This document shows, in pieces, positions 47,832 to 56,619 of a DNA stretch of 64,000 bases. This DNA is from an uncultured Gemmatimonadales bacterium (GTDB lineage: Bacteria; Gemmatimonadota; Gemmatimonadetes; Longimicrobiales; Gaopeijiaceae), in NCBI GenBank assembly GCA_963740595.1, contig CAVUEU010000004.1:201777-265776 (forward strand), given 5' to 3'. The stretch's first letter is position 1; every line of letters starts with the position of its first letter. The notes under the pieces were generated by a model. That model saw nothing but the letters and a program-made list of their open reading frames with translations, made no database searches and had not been told where the DNA came from. The translations under genes and the position numbers were made by a program.

Positions 47832-48030
47832 TGAGCTTGTTTGCGGCGTTTCACACCCCGATCGCGCGGCGCGCGGCGTCCAGAGCTTCGTAGTGAGCCA
47901 CACCCGCGGCCTCGCAGCCAGATCTCCCGGTGGATCAGAAGAACCTTCGATGTTTTACTCGCGCTCCGTGTAGAGCGGTGAGCGAGCTGAGGCGCAACGC
48001 GTCGTCCCCCGGGCCGGCGACGGAGGAGAA

Positions 48031-48530
48031 ATGAGCGCCGACCTGCGGAACAACAACGCATACAACGGTGATGCGCTGATCGGCGGGCGCTTCGGACCGG
48101 ATGACAAGTTGGGCCTTCACGTGGGCGCCCTCAACGTCCTCGCCGGCGTGCGCGTCGAGTCGACTCGCGCCGACTACACCGGCAACGTCGTACAACTCGA
48201 CGATAAGAAGAGATACCTGGGCAGCACGCCGGAGTCCGGGACCCACAGCTACACCAACGTCTTCCCCAGTGCGCACTTCAAGTACGCCTTCGACTCCCGG
48301 ACGAGCGTGCGGTTCGCCGTCACGGAGGGGATCGCGCGACCGGCCTTCGCGGACCTGGCGCCGTACCTGGTCACTTCGCAGGGCCTCAGGACCCTGACCG
48401 AAGGCAATCCCGAACTCCAGCCGACGCACTCAGCGAACGTCGACCTGATGTTCGATCATTGCTCCGGGTCCATCGGCGCCTTCTCAGTTGGCGTTTACTA
48501 CAAGAAGATCACGGACTTCATATGCCAACG
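48031..48530 (+). pseudogene. internal fragment of a TonB-dependent receptor barrel
   Basis: LAGVRVESTRADYTG...YTNVFPSAHFKYAFDSRTSVRFAVTEGIARPAFADLAPY...LTEGNPELQPTHSANVDLMFDH..GAFSVGVYYKKITDFI matches the conserved late-barrel TBDR pattern. It has no N-terminus, plug or C-terminus. The region is locally lower in GC. Confidence 0.6.
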
Positions 48531-48557
48531 CGACCGTGGAGGTGACGCCCCAGGTCC

Positions 48558-48627
48558 GGCCCGATTCGAACCGGCGACCCCCCGAACTCCATGGACACGA
48601 GCGCCGGAGGCGGGATGTCGAATCGTA
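48558..48627 (-). repeat. tRNA-3'-end-like repeat, copy A (degenerate T-arm + acceptor strand when read on minus strand)
   Basis: 48558-48601 matches 56428-56471 at 40 of 44 positions (GGCCsGATTCGAACCGGCGACCCCCyGAACyCCATGGACrCGA). Similarity is looser for ~25 nt more. Confidence 0.75.
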
Positions 48628-48660
48628 GGCTCGTCGGATCGATCCGTGTCGATCCGGTTG

Positions 48661-51651
48661 CTAGGGTCGCCCCCGGGGCAACGTGCGCACGAGATCGGCG
48701 AGATCGACGCGGGACTCCGTGTCCAGCTTGCGGAAGATGTTTGTGAGGTGCCGCTCGACGGTCCGCGCCGAGATCCCGAGCTCCCGCGCGATCGCCTTGT
48801 TCGACTTGCGCGCCGCGACACGCTCCAGCACGTCCCATTCGCGGCCCGTGAGGCCGTGCGCACCCTCGGAGGCGGGCCGGGTCGGGGGGCGCGCGCCCAC
48901 CTCGTGCAGCGCGCGTCGCGTCTTCTCGAGCTCGCGCTGGGCGCCCAGACCCGCGAACGCGTCGTGGATACGGCGCAGCTCCGTGACCGCGCCGGCGCGG
49001 TCCCCGAGGTCGGCGAGGCACACGGCCAGCCGCCGTCTGACCCGGAGCGCGTCGGGTAGGAATGGGATCGCCTCGAGCTCCTCCGCGGCGTTACGGAGCG
49101 CAGCCTCGGCGCCGGCCCCGGAGCCGCCGAGCCAGGCGGCCAGCGCGTCACAGGCGTCGGCCCAGGCCGCCGCGAGAGGGTCGTCCAGGTGCGTAGCCTC
49201 GTCGCGGAGCCGCGCCCCGGTCTCGCGGGCGCCCTCCAGGTCGCGCGCCACCAAGTACGCCTCAGCGAGCACCGGGAGCAGCCGGTGGGCCGCCCATCGC
49301 CGGTACCCTGTGCGGTCGACGATCGCGAGCGCCGCGCGCGCGACGCGGATCGCCTCGGCCACGGCCCCGTTCGCAAGGTGGAGACTGGCGAGCCCGATGT
49401 GCGCGGGCACCAGCGCGTGTACGGTGCCTCCGCCCTCGGCGGTCCCCACTCCGGCCAGCCGCGCCGCCTCCTCGACGTACGCACCCGCGTGTTCGCCGGC
49501 GTCGCGGCTCAGGTGCACGAGGCCGGTCCAGACGAGGAGTCGTGTGAGCAGCGCGCGCTGGTTCAGCGTTCGACAGAGCGCGATGGCCCGTTCCCCCACT
49601 GCGAGGGCGGTAACCCAATCGCCCGCTCCGAACGCGACCTCCACGCGCACCTCGGCGAGCGCGATCTGCAGCAGCGGCGAGCCCAGCTCGGCGTTGACTC
49701 GCTCCGCCGCCTCGATGTGGCGCACGCACGCCTCGGCCTTCCCGGACAGGCCCTCGAGGACCGCGAGGGCCCAGTGGCACGTGCAGGTGAGGCCGGCGTC
49801 TCCCGAGGCCTCGGCGTGCGCGAGGGCATCGCGACCGTGCTGGCGGGCCCGGTCGGGCGGACCGGACCACGTGTGGAAGAGCAGCAGCGCGCGGTGGGCG
49901 CGCGCCAGGATCGCGTCAGCCCCCGACGTCCTCGCCAAACGAAGGGCCTCCTGCAGGTCGCGCTCCGCATCCGCCACCCGGCCGAGCTCCTGGAGGCAGA
50001 CGCCCCGCGCGCCCAGCACGCGTCCGAGTACCCGCGGATCGCCGGCTTCCCGCGCGTGCGCGAGCGCGCCATCGAAGTCCTCGAGCGCCGGCCGGAGCTC
50101 CCCTGCGAAGTTCTGGGCGAGCGCGATCCGATGCGTCAGGCCGGCGGCGCTCAGGCTATCACCCCGCGCCACGGCCTCGGCGACACCCCGCCTCCACAGC
50201 GTCACGGCGCCGGTCAAATCCCCGGTTCTCCGCCGGGCACGTCCCAGGTCCTCCATGATCGTGCCCCGTTCCGCGCCCTCGTCCGCGCACGCCAGGGCCT
50301 GCTCGAGGTAGCGGACCGCCTCGCGGTCCGCGAATCGCTCCAGGGCTTGCCGTCCCGCGGCCGCGAGGTAGCCGCGAGCGCGTTCCGAGGGACCACCCAA
50401 CTCGCCTCTCGAATAGTGGAAGGCCAGCTCGCCGGCGTGCTGAAGGGACTCCGAGCCGTAAGCCGCCTCGAGGGACCCCGCGACGCGCAGGTGCAGGAGT
50501 GCCCGGCGCGCGCCCGCGATCTCGCCACGGAGGACGTCGGCGGCCAGGGGATGCCGGAGATCGTACACCGGCCACCCGTCCGCAGTTGACTCGAGCACGA
50601 AGCCATGGCGTCTGAGGACATCCAGGGCGGTCGCGAGCTCGGGCTCCCGCAGGTCGCACACGCCGCGCACCGTGTCGTGTCGCGCCCTCGTGCCGATCAC
50701 GGCCAGCACCTCGGCCGTCTCCCGCGCGGCCGGAGGAAGCCGTTCCAGCCGGTTCAGGATCGCCGCCCGGACGGAGCGGGGAGGATCGAGATCGGCGACC
50801 TCCCATCCCAGCCACACGCCGCCCGTCTTACGCAGCCGGCCCTGCTCGACCAGCGTGGCGAGCGTCGCCTCGATCATGAGGGGGTTCCCCCCTGTGCGCT
50901 CCCGCACCCAACGCGCGAACGGAGCGCACGCGGCGGCGCCGACCCGGAACGCCTCCTGGATCAGCTCCGCGACCGCAGACGCCGAGAGCGGCTCGATCCG
51001 CCGTGACTCCGCCAGCCCGAGGGAGGCGAGCGAGCGCTCCACCTCGGTGAGCCGCGGGTCCGTGTCGCGCACGTCCTCGTTGATCGTGGCCACGATCGCG
51101 AGGGGCGCCCTGCCCAATTGCCTCGCGAGGAAGTGCAGCAGCTCGAGCGAGGAAGGATCGCTCCACTGGAGGTCGTCGAGGGTGAGCAGTAACGGTGCGC
51201 GCGCTGCCAGGCCCTCGAGCACGCGGGACAGGCTCCAGAAGAGCTGCGCTCGCGAGGCGAGCTCGACGGCGTGCGGTGTCCGCGCCGCGGATCGGAGGGC
51301 GAGCCCGGGGAACAGACGGCCGAGGTCGTCGGCCAAGCCGCGCGACAGGACGTTCAGCGCGCCTTCGTCCAGGTCCGCGAGCACGGGCACGAGGGCGTCC
51401 GAGAAGGGCGCGAACGGCACCCCCGTCTCCACCGCGTAGGCCCTCCCTTCCGCGACGTGCCACCCCGCGCGCCGGCACTCCTCGGCGAGGGTCGCGACGA
51501 GGCGGCTCTTTCCGATCCCGCTCTCGCCCCACGTGAACAGGACGGAGCCGCCGCCGGCGCGCATGCGCTGCACGGCGCTCCGGAGCGCGGCCTGGTCGGC
51601 GGCACGACCCGCGAGCGGTAGGGCGGGGAGGTGGGCGGCGGTGTCCAGCAT
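48661..51651 (-). CDS. large LuxR-family regulator with N-terminal P-loop NTPase (AAA_16/STAND-like), TPR-like middle and C-terminal LuxR HTH (996 aa)
   Basis: ATG 51651 (MLDTAAHLPALPLAGR…). Walker A is 'FTWGESGIGKSRL', followed by a long helical repeat region. The C-terminal LTGREWDVLERVAARKSNKAIARELGISARTVERHLTNIFRKL is a LuxR/GerE HTH. The 5' 242 codons of the track ORF are read-through. Confidence 0.85.
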   Translation of the reverse strand: MLDTAAHLPALPLAGRAADQAALRSAVQRMRAGGGSVLFTWGESGIGKSRLVATLAEECRRAGWHVAEGRAYAVETGVPFAPFSDALVPVLADLDEGALNVLSRGLADDLGRLFPGLALRSAARTPHAVELASRAQLFWSLSRVLEGLAARAPLLLTLDDLQWSDPSSLELLHFLARQLGRAPLAIVATINEDVRDTDPRLTEVERSLASLGLAESRRIEPLSASAVAELIQEAFRVGAAACAPFARWVRERTGGNPLMIEATLATLVEQGRLRKTGGVWLGWEVADLDPPRSVRAAILNRLERLPPAARETAEVLAVIGTRARHDTVRGVCDLREPELATALDVLRRHGFVLESTADGWPVYDLRHPLAADVLRGEIAGARRALLHLRVAGSLEAAYGSESLQHAGELAFHYSRGELGGPSERARGYLAAAGRQALERFADREAVRYLEQALACADEGAERGTIMEDLGRARRRTGDLTGAVTLWRRGVAEAVARGDSLSAAGLTHRIALAQNFAGELRPALEDFDGALAHAREAGDPRVLGRVLGARGVCLQELGRVADAERDLQEALRLARTSGADAILARAHRALLLFHTWSGPPDRARQHGRDALAHAEASGDAGLTCTCHWALAVLEGLSGKAEACVRHIEAAERVNAELGSPLLQIALAEVRVEVAFGAGDWVTALAVGERAIALCRTLNQRALLTRLLVWTGLVHLSRDAGEHAGAYVEEAARLAGVGTAEGGGTVHALVPAHIGLASLHLANGAVAEAIRVARAALAIVDRTGYRRWAAHRLLPVLAEAYLVARDLEGARETGARLRDEATHLDDPLAAAWADACDALAAWLGGSGAGAEAALRNAAEELEAIPFLPDALRVRRRLAVCLADLGDRAGAVTELRRIHDAFAGLGAQRELEKTRRALHEVGARPPTRPASEGAHGLTGREWDVLERVAARKSNKAIARELGISARTVERHLTNIFRKLDTESRVDLADLVRTLPRGRP

Positions 51652-51834
51652 CACCCCGGCGCGGAAGGGAAGGTGGTGTCCCGCTGCAAGTTGCGCGGCC
51701 TGACGACGCCGACGCAAGCCGAACCGACTACGTGGTCCGACGGACCCGACTACGTGGTGACCCGCACGGAGCCGCGACGCCCCCCTGGAGAGCTTGGTCG
51801 TGTTGGCTGCGACCCATCCCACGCGGAGGTCCCG

Positions 51835-52413
51835 ATGCTCCCCTCCCTGCTGCTTCTGCTCCAGACGGCCATCGTCGTTCCTCCGGCCGCCCCGGCGCAC
51901 GTCCGTGAGGAGCCCCGCGACGTTGCGGTCCGCTCCCCGCTCCCACTCGCGCCGCGCTCCGCCCCGCCTTCCAATCCCGGCTGCCGCGACATGACCGGCC
52001 TGATCGAGGCCCGTGCCGAGCACATCGGACTCGACTGGCACGGCTTCCGCGCCCGCGGCGAGGGCACGATCTCCGGCGACCTGGACGGTGCCGTGCGCGT
52101 GGAGGTGCGGCGCCGAGGCAAGGAGGGGTCCGTCACGGATCTCTCGATCCGGGTCGACGTGGTCACCTCCGTGGGGACGTACCGGCTCGACGGACCCGCC
52201 ACGTCGGTCCCGGCCGGGGACACGGTCGGAGGTCAGACCGTCGAGGGGTGGCTCGACCTCGTCCCCGAGCGATCGCCCGAGGCCGCAGGGCGGGTGGTGG
52301 TGAGCGGCGCGGCCGACACGCGCTCGCGAGCGATCCACGTCAGCTATGCCGGGCAGATCTGCGGGCAATCGGCACATGGTCCCGACGCCGCGGCGCAGGG
52401 GGACGTCCGATGA
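51835..52413 (+). CDS. hypothetical secreted protein (192 aa)
   Basis: GGAGG RBS then ATG 51835. The N-terminus MLPSLLLLLQTAIVVPPAAPAH is signal-like. The gene is divergent from the LuxR regulator, and its stop overlaps the next ATG (ATGA at 52410-52413). Confidence 0.5.
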   Translation: MLPSLLLLLQTAIVVPPAAPAHVREEPRDVAVRSPLPLAPRSAPPSNPGCRDMTGLIEARAEHIGLDWHGFRARGEGTISGDLDGAVRVEVRRRGKEGSVTDLSIRVDVVTSVGTYRLDGPATSVPAGDTVGGQTVEGWLDLVPERSPEAAGRVVVSGAADTRSRAIHVSYAGQICGQSAHGPDAAAQGDVR

Positions 52414-52835
52414 GCGGCCCCCTGGTGGTCTCCGCCGCTGCTGCCGGCCTGGCGAGCAGCCTGATCCCGATCGTGAATGCCGAGGTCATCCTGGTCGGGC
52501 TCGTCCTGGCCTCGCCCCCTGCGGCCCTCCTGCTCGCCTTCGGCATGGCGTGCGGGCAGATGGTCGGAAAGACCGCGCTCTTCCTGGGCAGCGAGCGGCT
52601 GACCCGGGCGGCCCTCGCTGCCCGGCTGGCCACGTGGAGGCTCGACCGCTGCCCGAAGCGCGCGCGGGGGCTCCTGGTGCTGCTCAGCGCCACGGTGGGC
52701 GTGCCCCCGCTCTACCTCGTGTCCGTCGCCGCGCCGGTCCTCGGCGTGCGGCTCCCTTCGTTCGTCGTGTTCGGCCTCACGGGCCGCCTCGTCCGCTTCG
52801 CCGCGATCGCCTCGGTCGCCGGCGCCCTTCCATGA
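52410..52835 (+). CDS. YqaA/DedA-like small membrane protein (141 aa)
   Basis: LASSLIPIVNAEVILVGLVL...ACGQMVGKTALFLG...LLVLLSATVGVPPLYLVSVAAPVLG...GRLVRFAAIA parallels the YqaA (VTT/DedA-type) layout. It is coupled by ATGA overlaps on both sides. Confidence 0.55.
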   Translation: MSGPLVVSAAAAGLASSLIPIVNAEVILVGLVLASPPAALLLAFGMACGQMVGKTALFLGSERLTRAALAARLATWRLDRCPKRARGLLVLLSATVGVPPLYLVSVAAPVLGVRLPSFVVFGLTGRLVRFAAIASVAGALP

Positions 52836-55061
52836 CACCCCCTCGGACTCTCCTGGAGGTTCCCATGAGCTACTCCCTCGGTACCGAGCGTGAGCCGCTT
52901 CCTACGGACGATCAGGCCGCGACCCTGCAAGGCCGGCGCGTCGTGATCACCGGCGGAAGCAGCGGCATCGGCCTCGCGATGGCCCGGGAGCTACACCGGC
53001 GTGGAGCCGAGGTCGTGGTCGGGTCCAGGAGACCGGTGCCGGCCCCCGTGGTGCATCGCCCGCTCGACCTCGCTTCCCTGACGTCCACCCGGGACTTCGC
53101 CCACCGGCTGATGCGGGACGGACGCCCCATCGACCTCCTCGTGCTGAACGCCGGCGTGCACGTGCCGTGGCGCACCGTGCGCACCGAGGACGGTGAGGAG
53201 CTGCACTGGCAGGTCAACTACCTCTCGAACGTCGTGCTCACGCACCTGCTCCAGGAGCTGTGCGGCCGCTCCGAGCTCAGGCGTCTCGTCTACGTGGCCA
53301 GCGAAGCCCACCGCCTCGCAAGCCTTCCCGGCGCGCGGCTGCTGGGCTTCTGGCACCGCTACGCCCGCTCGAAGGAAGCCGCGGTGACGTTCTTCCTGAG
53401 CTTCGCGCGGCTCCACCCGGAGCTGACCGTCCGGGCGGTGTCCCCCGGCTACGTCGATACCCCGATCCACGGGGGCAAGTCGCGCGTGGCGAAGCGGGTC
53501 GAGCGCGCCTGGTCCCACCCGCGGCCGAGTGCCGAGGTGGCGTCCGAGATCCTGCGGACGGCGCTCGCCCCGGCCGTGGACGGCAATGGCTACTGGGACC
53601 GGGGGCGCCCGCGGGCGCCCTCGGCGCGGTGCCTGGATGCAGGTCGGATCGAGGCGCTCTGGCGCGCCTCCGTCGCCTCCGTCGGCGACCTGGTGCCGTC
53701 GCTCCAGCCGCTGGAGCGCGTCGTCAACTACGCGGGCAACGTCCGGCAGCTGGGTCCCGCGATCCAGCGGCCGGCCACGCTCGACGCGCTCGGGGATGTC
53801 GTGCGTGTCGCGAGCGCCTCGGGCCTCCCCATCCGCGTCGTGGGGAAGTGCCATTCGTACAATGACGGATTCCTGAGCAGCGGACGCATGATCTCCATCG
53901 AGCGCCTGGACCGCGTGGTCGACTTCGACCCCGAGCGCGGTACGGTGACGGCGCAGGGTGGGATCCCGATCGGAGTGTTGTGCCGGTGGCTGGACGAGCG
54001 CGGGTACGCGCTGCGATTCAGCGGCAACTTCGGCGAGCAGACCCTCGCCGGGGCGCTCGCCACGGGAACGCACGGGTACGGCCGGGACGGCGGGGTGATG
54101 TGTGAGCTGGTGCGCGGAATGGCGATCATGCTTCCCGACGGCTCGGTGCATCGTACGCGCGACGAGCGCGAGCTCCGCGCGCTCCGGTTGAGCCTCGGCA
54201 CGCTCGGCGTGGTGGTCGAGCTCACGATGGCCGTGGTGCCGAAGGGACCGTGCACGTACGCGGTCGGGTGCACCCCTCGCGTCGCGTTCACCGCGCGGCT
54301 CGAGGAGCGCATCCGCGCGCACGAGTATCTGCGCTTCGTGCCGCACCCCTTCGACGCGCGCCAGATCCTCCATGTCACGATCGACCGCGGGGGCGAGGGC
54401 GGGCCGATGGAACCGGCCCTGAGCCTCGGCGACGCCCGTGCGGGCCTGGCCGGGCTCCTGGTCGGGCCGCTCAGGGTCCCGGCTGTCCGCGCCGCGCTCG
54501 GGCGACTCCTGCGCGTCGCGGGGCACGGATACACGCTGCGCGTGCCGTTCTCGGGGATGCTCTTCATCGGATCGGGCGTCGTGCGGCGCCACCCGTCCCT
54601 CGCGCGCGCCGGCCAGCGCGCGCTCGATCGGCCCGACTGGCTGAACATGGAGCTGGCCGTGCCCGTGGCACGGTACGCGGAGTTCGCGGAGGCGTTCGAG
54701 GCCGAGCATCCCCCCCGGTCGACGCTCCTCCCGGGCCACGCCTACTACACGTGTCGCGTGGTCGGCGCGGCCGACAACGTGGCCCTGGCGCCGAACTACG
54801 ACCGGGACGTCGTTTTCGTGGACATCCACGCGGACCCGGCGGATCCGCGCTCCGTGCCGTTTCTGCGTGCGGATCGAGGAGCGTGCCACGGCGTGCATGG
54901 GGGCGCGTCCGCACTGGGGAAAGGTGTTCTTCACGGCAGGCGAGGACATGCGCGCGCTCTACCCGCGCCGGAACGTCGAGGAGCTCCTCGCCGCCAAGCG
55001 GCGCTTCGACCCCGCGGGCGTCTTCTCGAACGACTACACGCGACGGGTGCTCGGCGTATGA
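52832..55061 (+). pseudogene. SDR (short-chain dehydrogenase) fused to FAD-linked oxidase of the gulonolactone/arabinonolactone-oxidase (ALO) type; reading frame broken near 54860-54870 (pseudogene or sequencing error)
   Basis: The SDR part has VVITGGSSGIGLAMA, NAGV and YARSKEA (YxxxK). The FAD_binding_4-like part has IRVVGKCHSYND ... LAGALATGTHGYG. The ALO C-terminus 'GARPHWGKVFF...RFDPAGVFSNDYTRRVLG' lies in a different frame (track ORF 54867-55061), immediately after '...ADPADPRSVPFL'. ATG 52832 overlaps the upstream stop; ATG 52865 with a GGAGG is an alternative start. Confidence 0.7.
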
Positions 55062-55367
55062 GCGCGGCCCCCGAGCCTCACCCCGACGTCCGGCCGCACC
55101 CTCGGCCCCCAGGTCGCCGAAGTGCCCTTCGACCACGCGTCGCGCGGGGTCCTTGCCAGCTTCCCGACCCCCCTGCGCGTGCATCCTCTGGCGGGCATGG
55201 CCCCATGCACGAAGGTACGTCGCATGTAGCAACAGGGACGGTCGCGCGAGATGCGTCGGCGCCTGCCGGCGAAGGGGCGCGCCGCGGGCCGCCCTCGCAA
55301 CACGACGATCGCGCAGTCCATCGTGCCGGAGCATTGGAACGGCCCTCTGCCCACTCCCGGAGTTACC

Positions 55368-56306
55368 ATGAAGACCACCACCATCGATCGGGCGCGGGTT
55401 CACCTGGGTCGCGGCTTGTTCACGTTCCTCCTGGTGATGGCCGTCCAGGCCTGCTCCGGGAGCGACAATGGCACCGTGACCGAACCCGAGCCCGAGGCGA
55501 CCTTCGACTTCACCCGCCCCCTCATCGCGTTCGAGAGCGATCGCACGGGTGACTGGGAGGTGTGGGTCACGACGGAGGACGGCTCCGAGGCCGCGAACCT
55601 GAGCAACAACGGCGCATCCGACTACGACATCGCCTGGTCTCCGGACGCCAAGAAGATCGCCTTCCGCTCGAGCCGCGCCGGGAACGAGGACATCTGGGTC
55701 ATGAACCGCGACGGATCGAATCCGGTCCGGATCACCGACGACCCCAACACCGACGGGAATCCCTCCTGGTCGCCGGATGGGCAGAAGATCGCGTTCATGT
55801 CGGACCGGTCCGGCAACTCCGAGGTCTACGTCATGAGCGCGGACGGGAGCGGCGTCACCCGCATCACCTTCGACCCCGCCACGGACGCGGAGCCGCGTTG
55901 GTCTCCGGACGGAACGCGGTTCATCTGGCGCACCACGCGGAGCGGCAACTCGGACATCTGGATGATGAACATCGACGGGTCGAACCCCGTGAACCTCACG
56001 GACAACCCGGCGTTCGAGTGCGCGCCGGCGTGGGCTCCCGACAGCCAACACATCACGTTCGTGACGGACCGGGACGGGAACGACGAGATCTACACGATGA
56101 AGGTCGACAGGACGGGCGTGACGAACCTGACCAACAACCCCGCCTCGGACTTCTGGTCGTCGTGGTCGCACGACGGCACCCGCATCGTGTTCGACAGCGA
56201 CCGCTCCGGCGGCGACACCGACCTCTACGTCATGTCGTCCACCGGCGGGAGTGCCCAGGCGCTGGTGAGCAGCCCTGCCCAGGACGAGGTACCTGCGTGG
56301 CGCTGA
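55368..56306 (+). CDS. TolB-like PD40/WD40-like beta-propeller lipoprotein (312 aa)
   Basis: ATG 55368. Lipobox LVMAVQA|CSG. There are at least six PD40 repeats (SWSPDGQKIAFMSDRSGNSEVYVM, RWSPDGTRFIWRTTRSGNSDIWMM, AWAPDSQHITFVTDRDGNDEIYTM, ...). Confidence 0.85.
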   Translation: MKTTTIDRARVHLGRGLFTFLLVMAVQACSGSDNGTVTEPEPEATFDFTRPLIAFESDRTGDWEVWVTTEDGSEAANLSNNGASDYDIAWSPDAKKIAFRSSRAGNEDIWVMNRDGSNPVRITDDPNTDGNPSWSPDGQKIAFMSDRSGNSEVYVMSADGSGVTRITFDPATDAEPRWSPDGTRFIWRTTRSGNSDIWMMNIDGSNPVNLTDNPAFECAPAWAPDSQHITFVTDRDGNDEIYTMKVDRTGVTNLTNNPASDFWSSWSHDGTRIVFDSDRSGGDTDLYVMSSTGGSAQALVSSPAQDEVPAWR

Positions 56307-56329
56307 GCTCTTGGGCTTCGCCGAATCCG

Positions 56330-56346
56330 GGCCGGTTCACCCGGCC
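56330..56346 (+). terminator. GC hairpin GGCCGG-ttcac-CCGGCC 24 nt after the TolB-like stop; also the T-arm-like core of repeat copy C
   Basis: It is a perfect 6-bp stem with a 5-nt loop. No U-tract follows, so terminator function is uncertain. Together with the following GTCCC it mirrors copy B in inverse orientation: the exact 11-bp inverted repeat is 56341-56351 / 56423-56433. Confidence 0.3.
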
Positions 56347-56427
56347 GTCCCACGACCCTGATACCCGTAGAAACAGAGGGGCCCCGTGACCCAGACTCGA
56401 TCCCAGGGCCTCCTCGGCAATCGGGAC

Positions 56428-56496
56428 GGCCGGATTCGAACCGGCGACCCCCTGAACCCCATGGACGCGACGGCGGACGTCAGGGTGTCGAACCGC
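56428..56496 (-). repeat. tRNA-3'-end-like repeat, copy B (perfect T-arm GCCGG-TTCGAAT-CCGGC + CGTCCCG-A on minus strand)
   Basis: See copy A. I found no complementary 5' acceptor strand (CGGGACG) within ~100 nt on the appropriate side and could not fold an anticodon arm. I therefore call it a fragment or repeat, not a tRNA gene. Confidence 0.75.
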
Positions 56497-56520
56497 ATGG
56501 AGGATCAGGGGTTTTCGGGC

Positions 56521-56539
56521 ATCTGAAGGTTGAATCTCG
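56521..56539 (+). repeat. 19-nt direct repeat copy 2 (ATCTGaaGGTTGAATCTCG)
   Basis: It matches 47813-47831 at 17 of 19 positions. Confidence 0.8.
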
Positions 56540-56619
56540 ATCCGGGCTCCTACCGATGGCTCTGGTGGTGGGCCCAGGCATGGGCGGACGTTGTAGACCG
56601 CGGGTCGCGTGCCTCGGAC

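Noticed and set aside
52346-55552. Taking the 1068-aa track ORF at face value.
   Set aside because: Its first 162 codons overlap two better-supported upstream genes in other frames. Its last ~230 codons (after ~54865) are Arg/Pro/Gly-rich read-through. The conserved ALO C-terminus sits in another frame, so I trimmed the ORF and annotated it as frameshifted.
56421-56496. Intact tRNA gene on the minus strand (also considered for 48558-48627 and 56328-56353).
   Set aside because: Only a T-arm plus 3' acceptor strand can be formed. The complementary 5' acceptor strand (CGGGACG) is absent within ~100 nt. No anticodon or D arm can be folded, and copy A has a mismatched T-stem. I treat these as tRNA-derived fragments or repeats pending tRNAscan-SE/Infernal.
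47813-56539. Calling the bracketed segment a bona fide mobile element (integrative island or prophage).
   Set aside because: I recognised no integrase, recombinase, transposase, or phage structural or conjugation genes. The repeats are short and imperfect. The observation is kept as a finding but not as a mobile_element feature.
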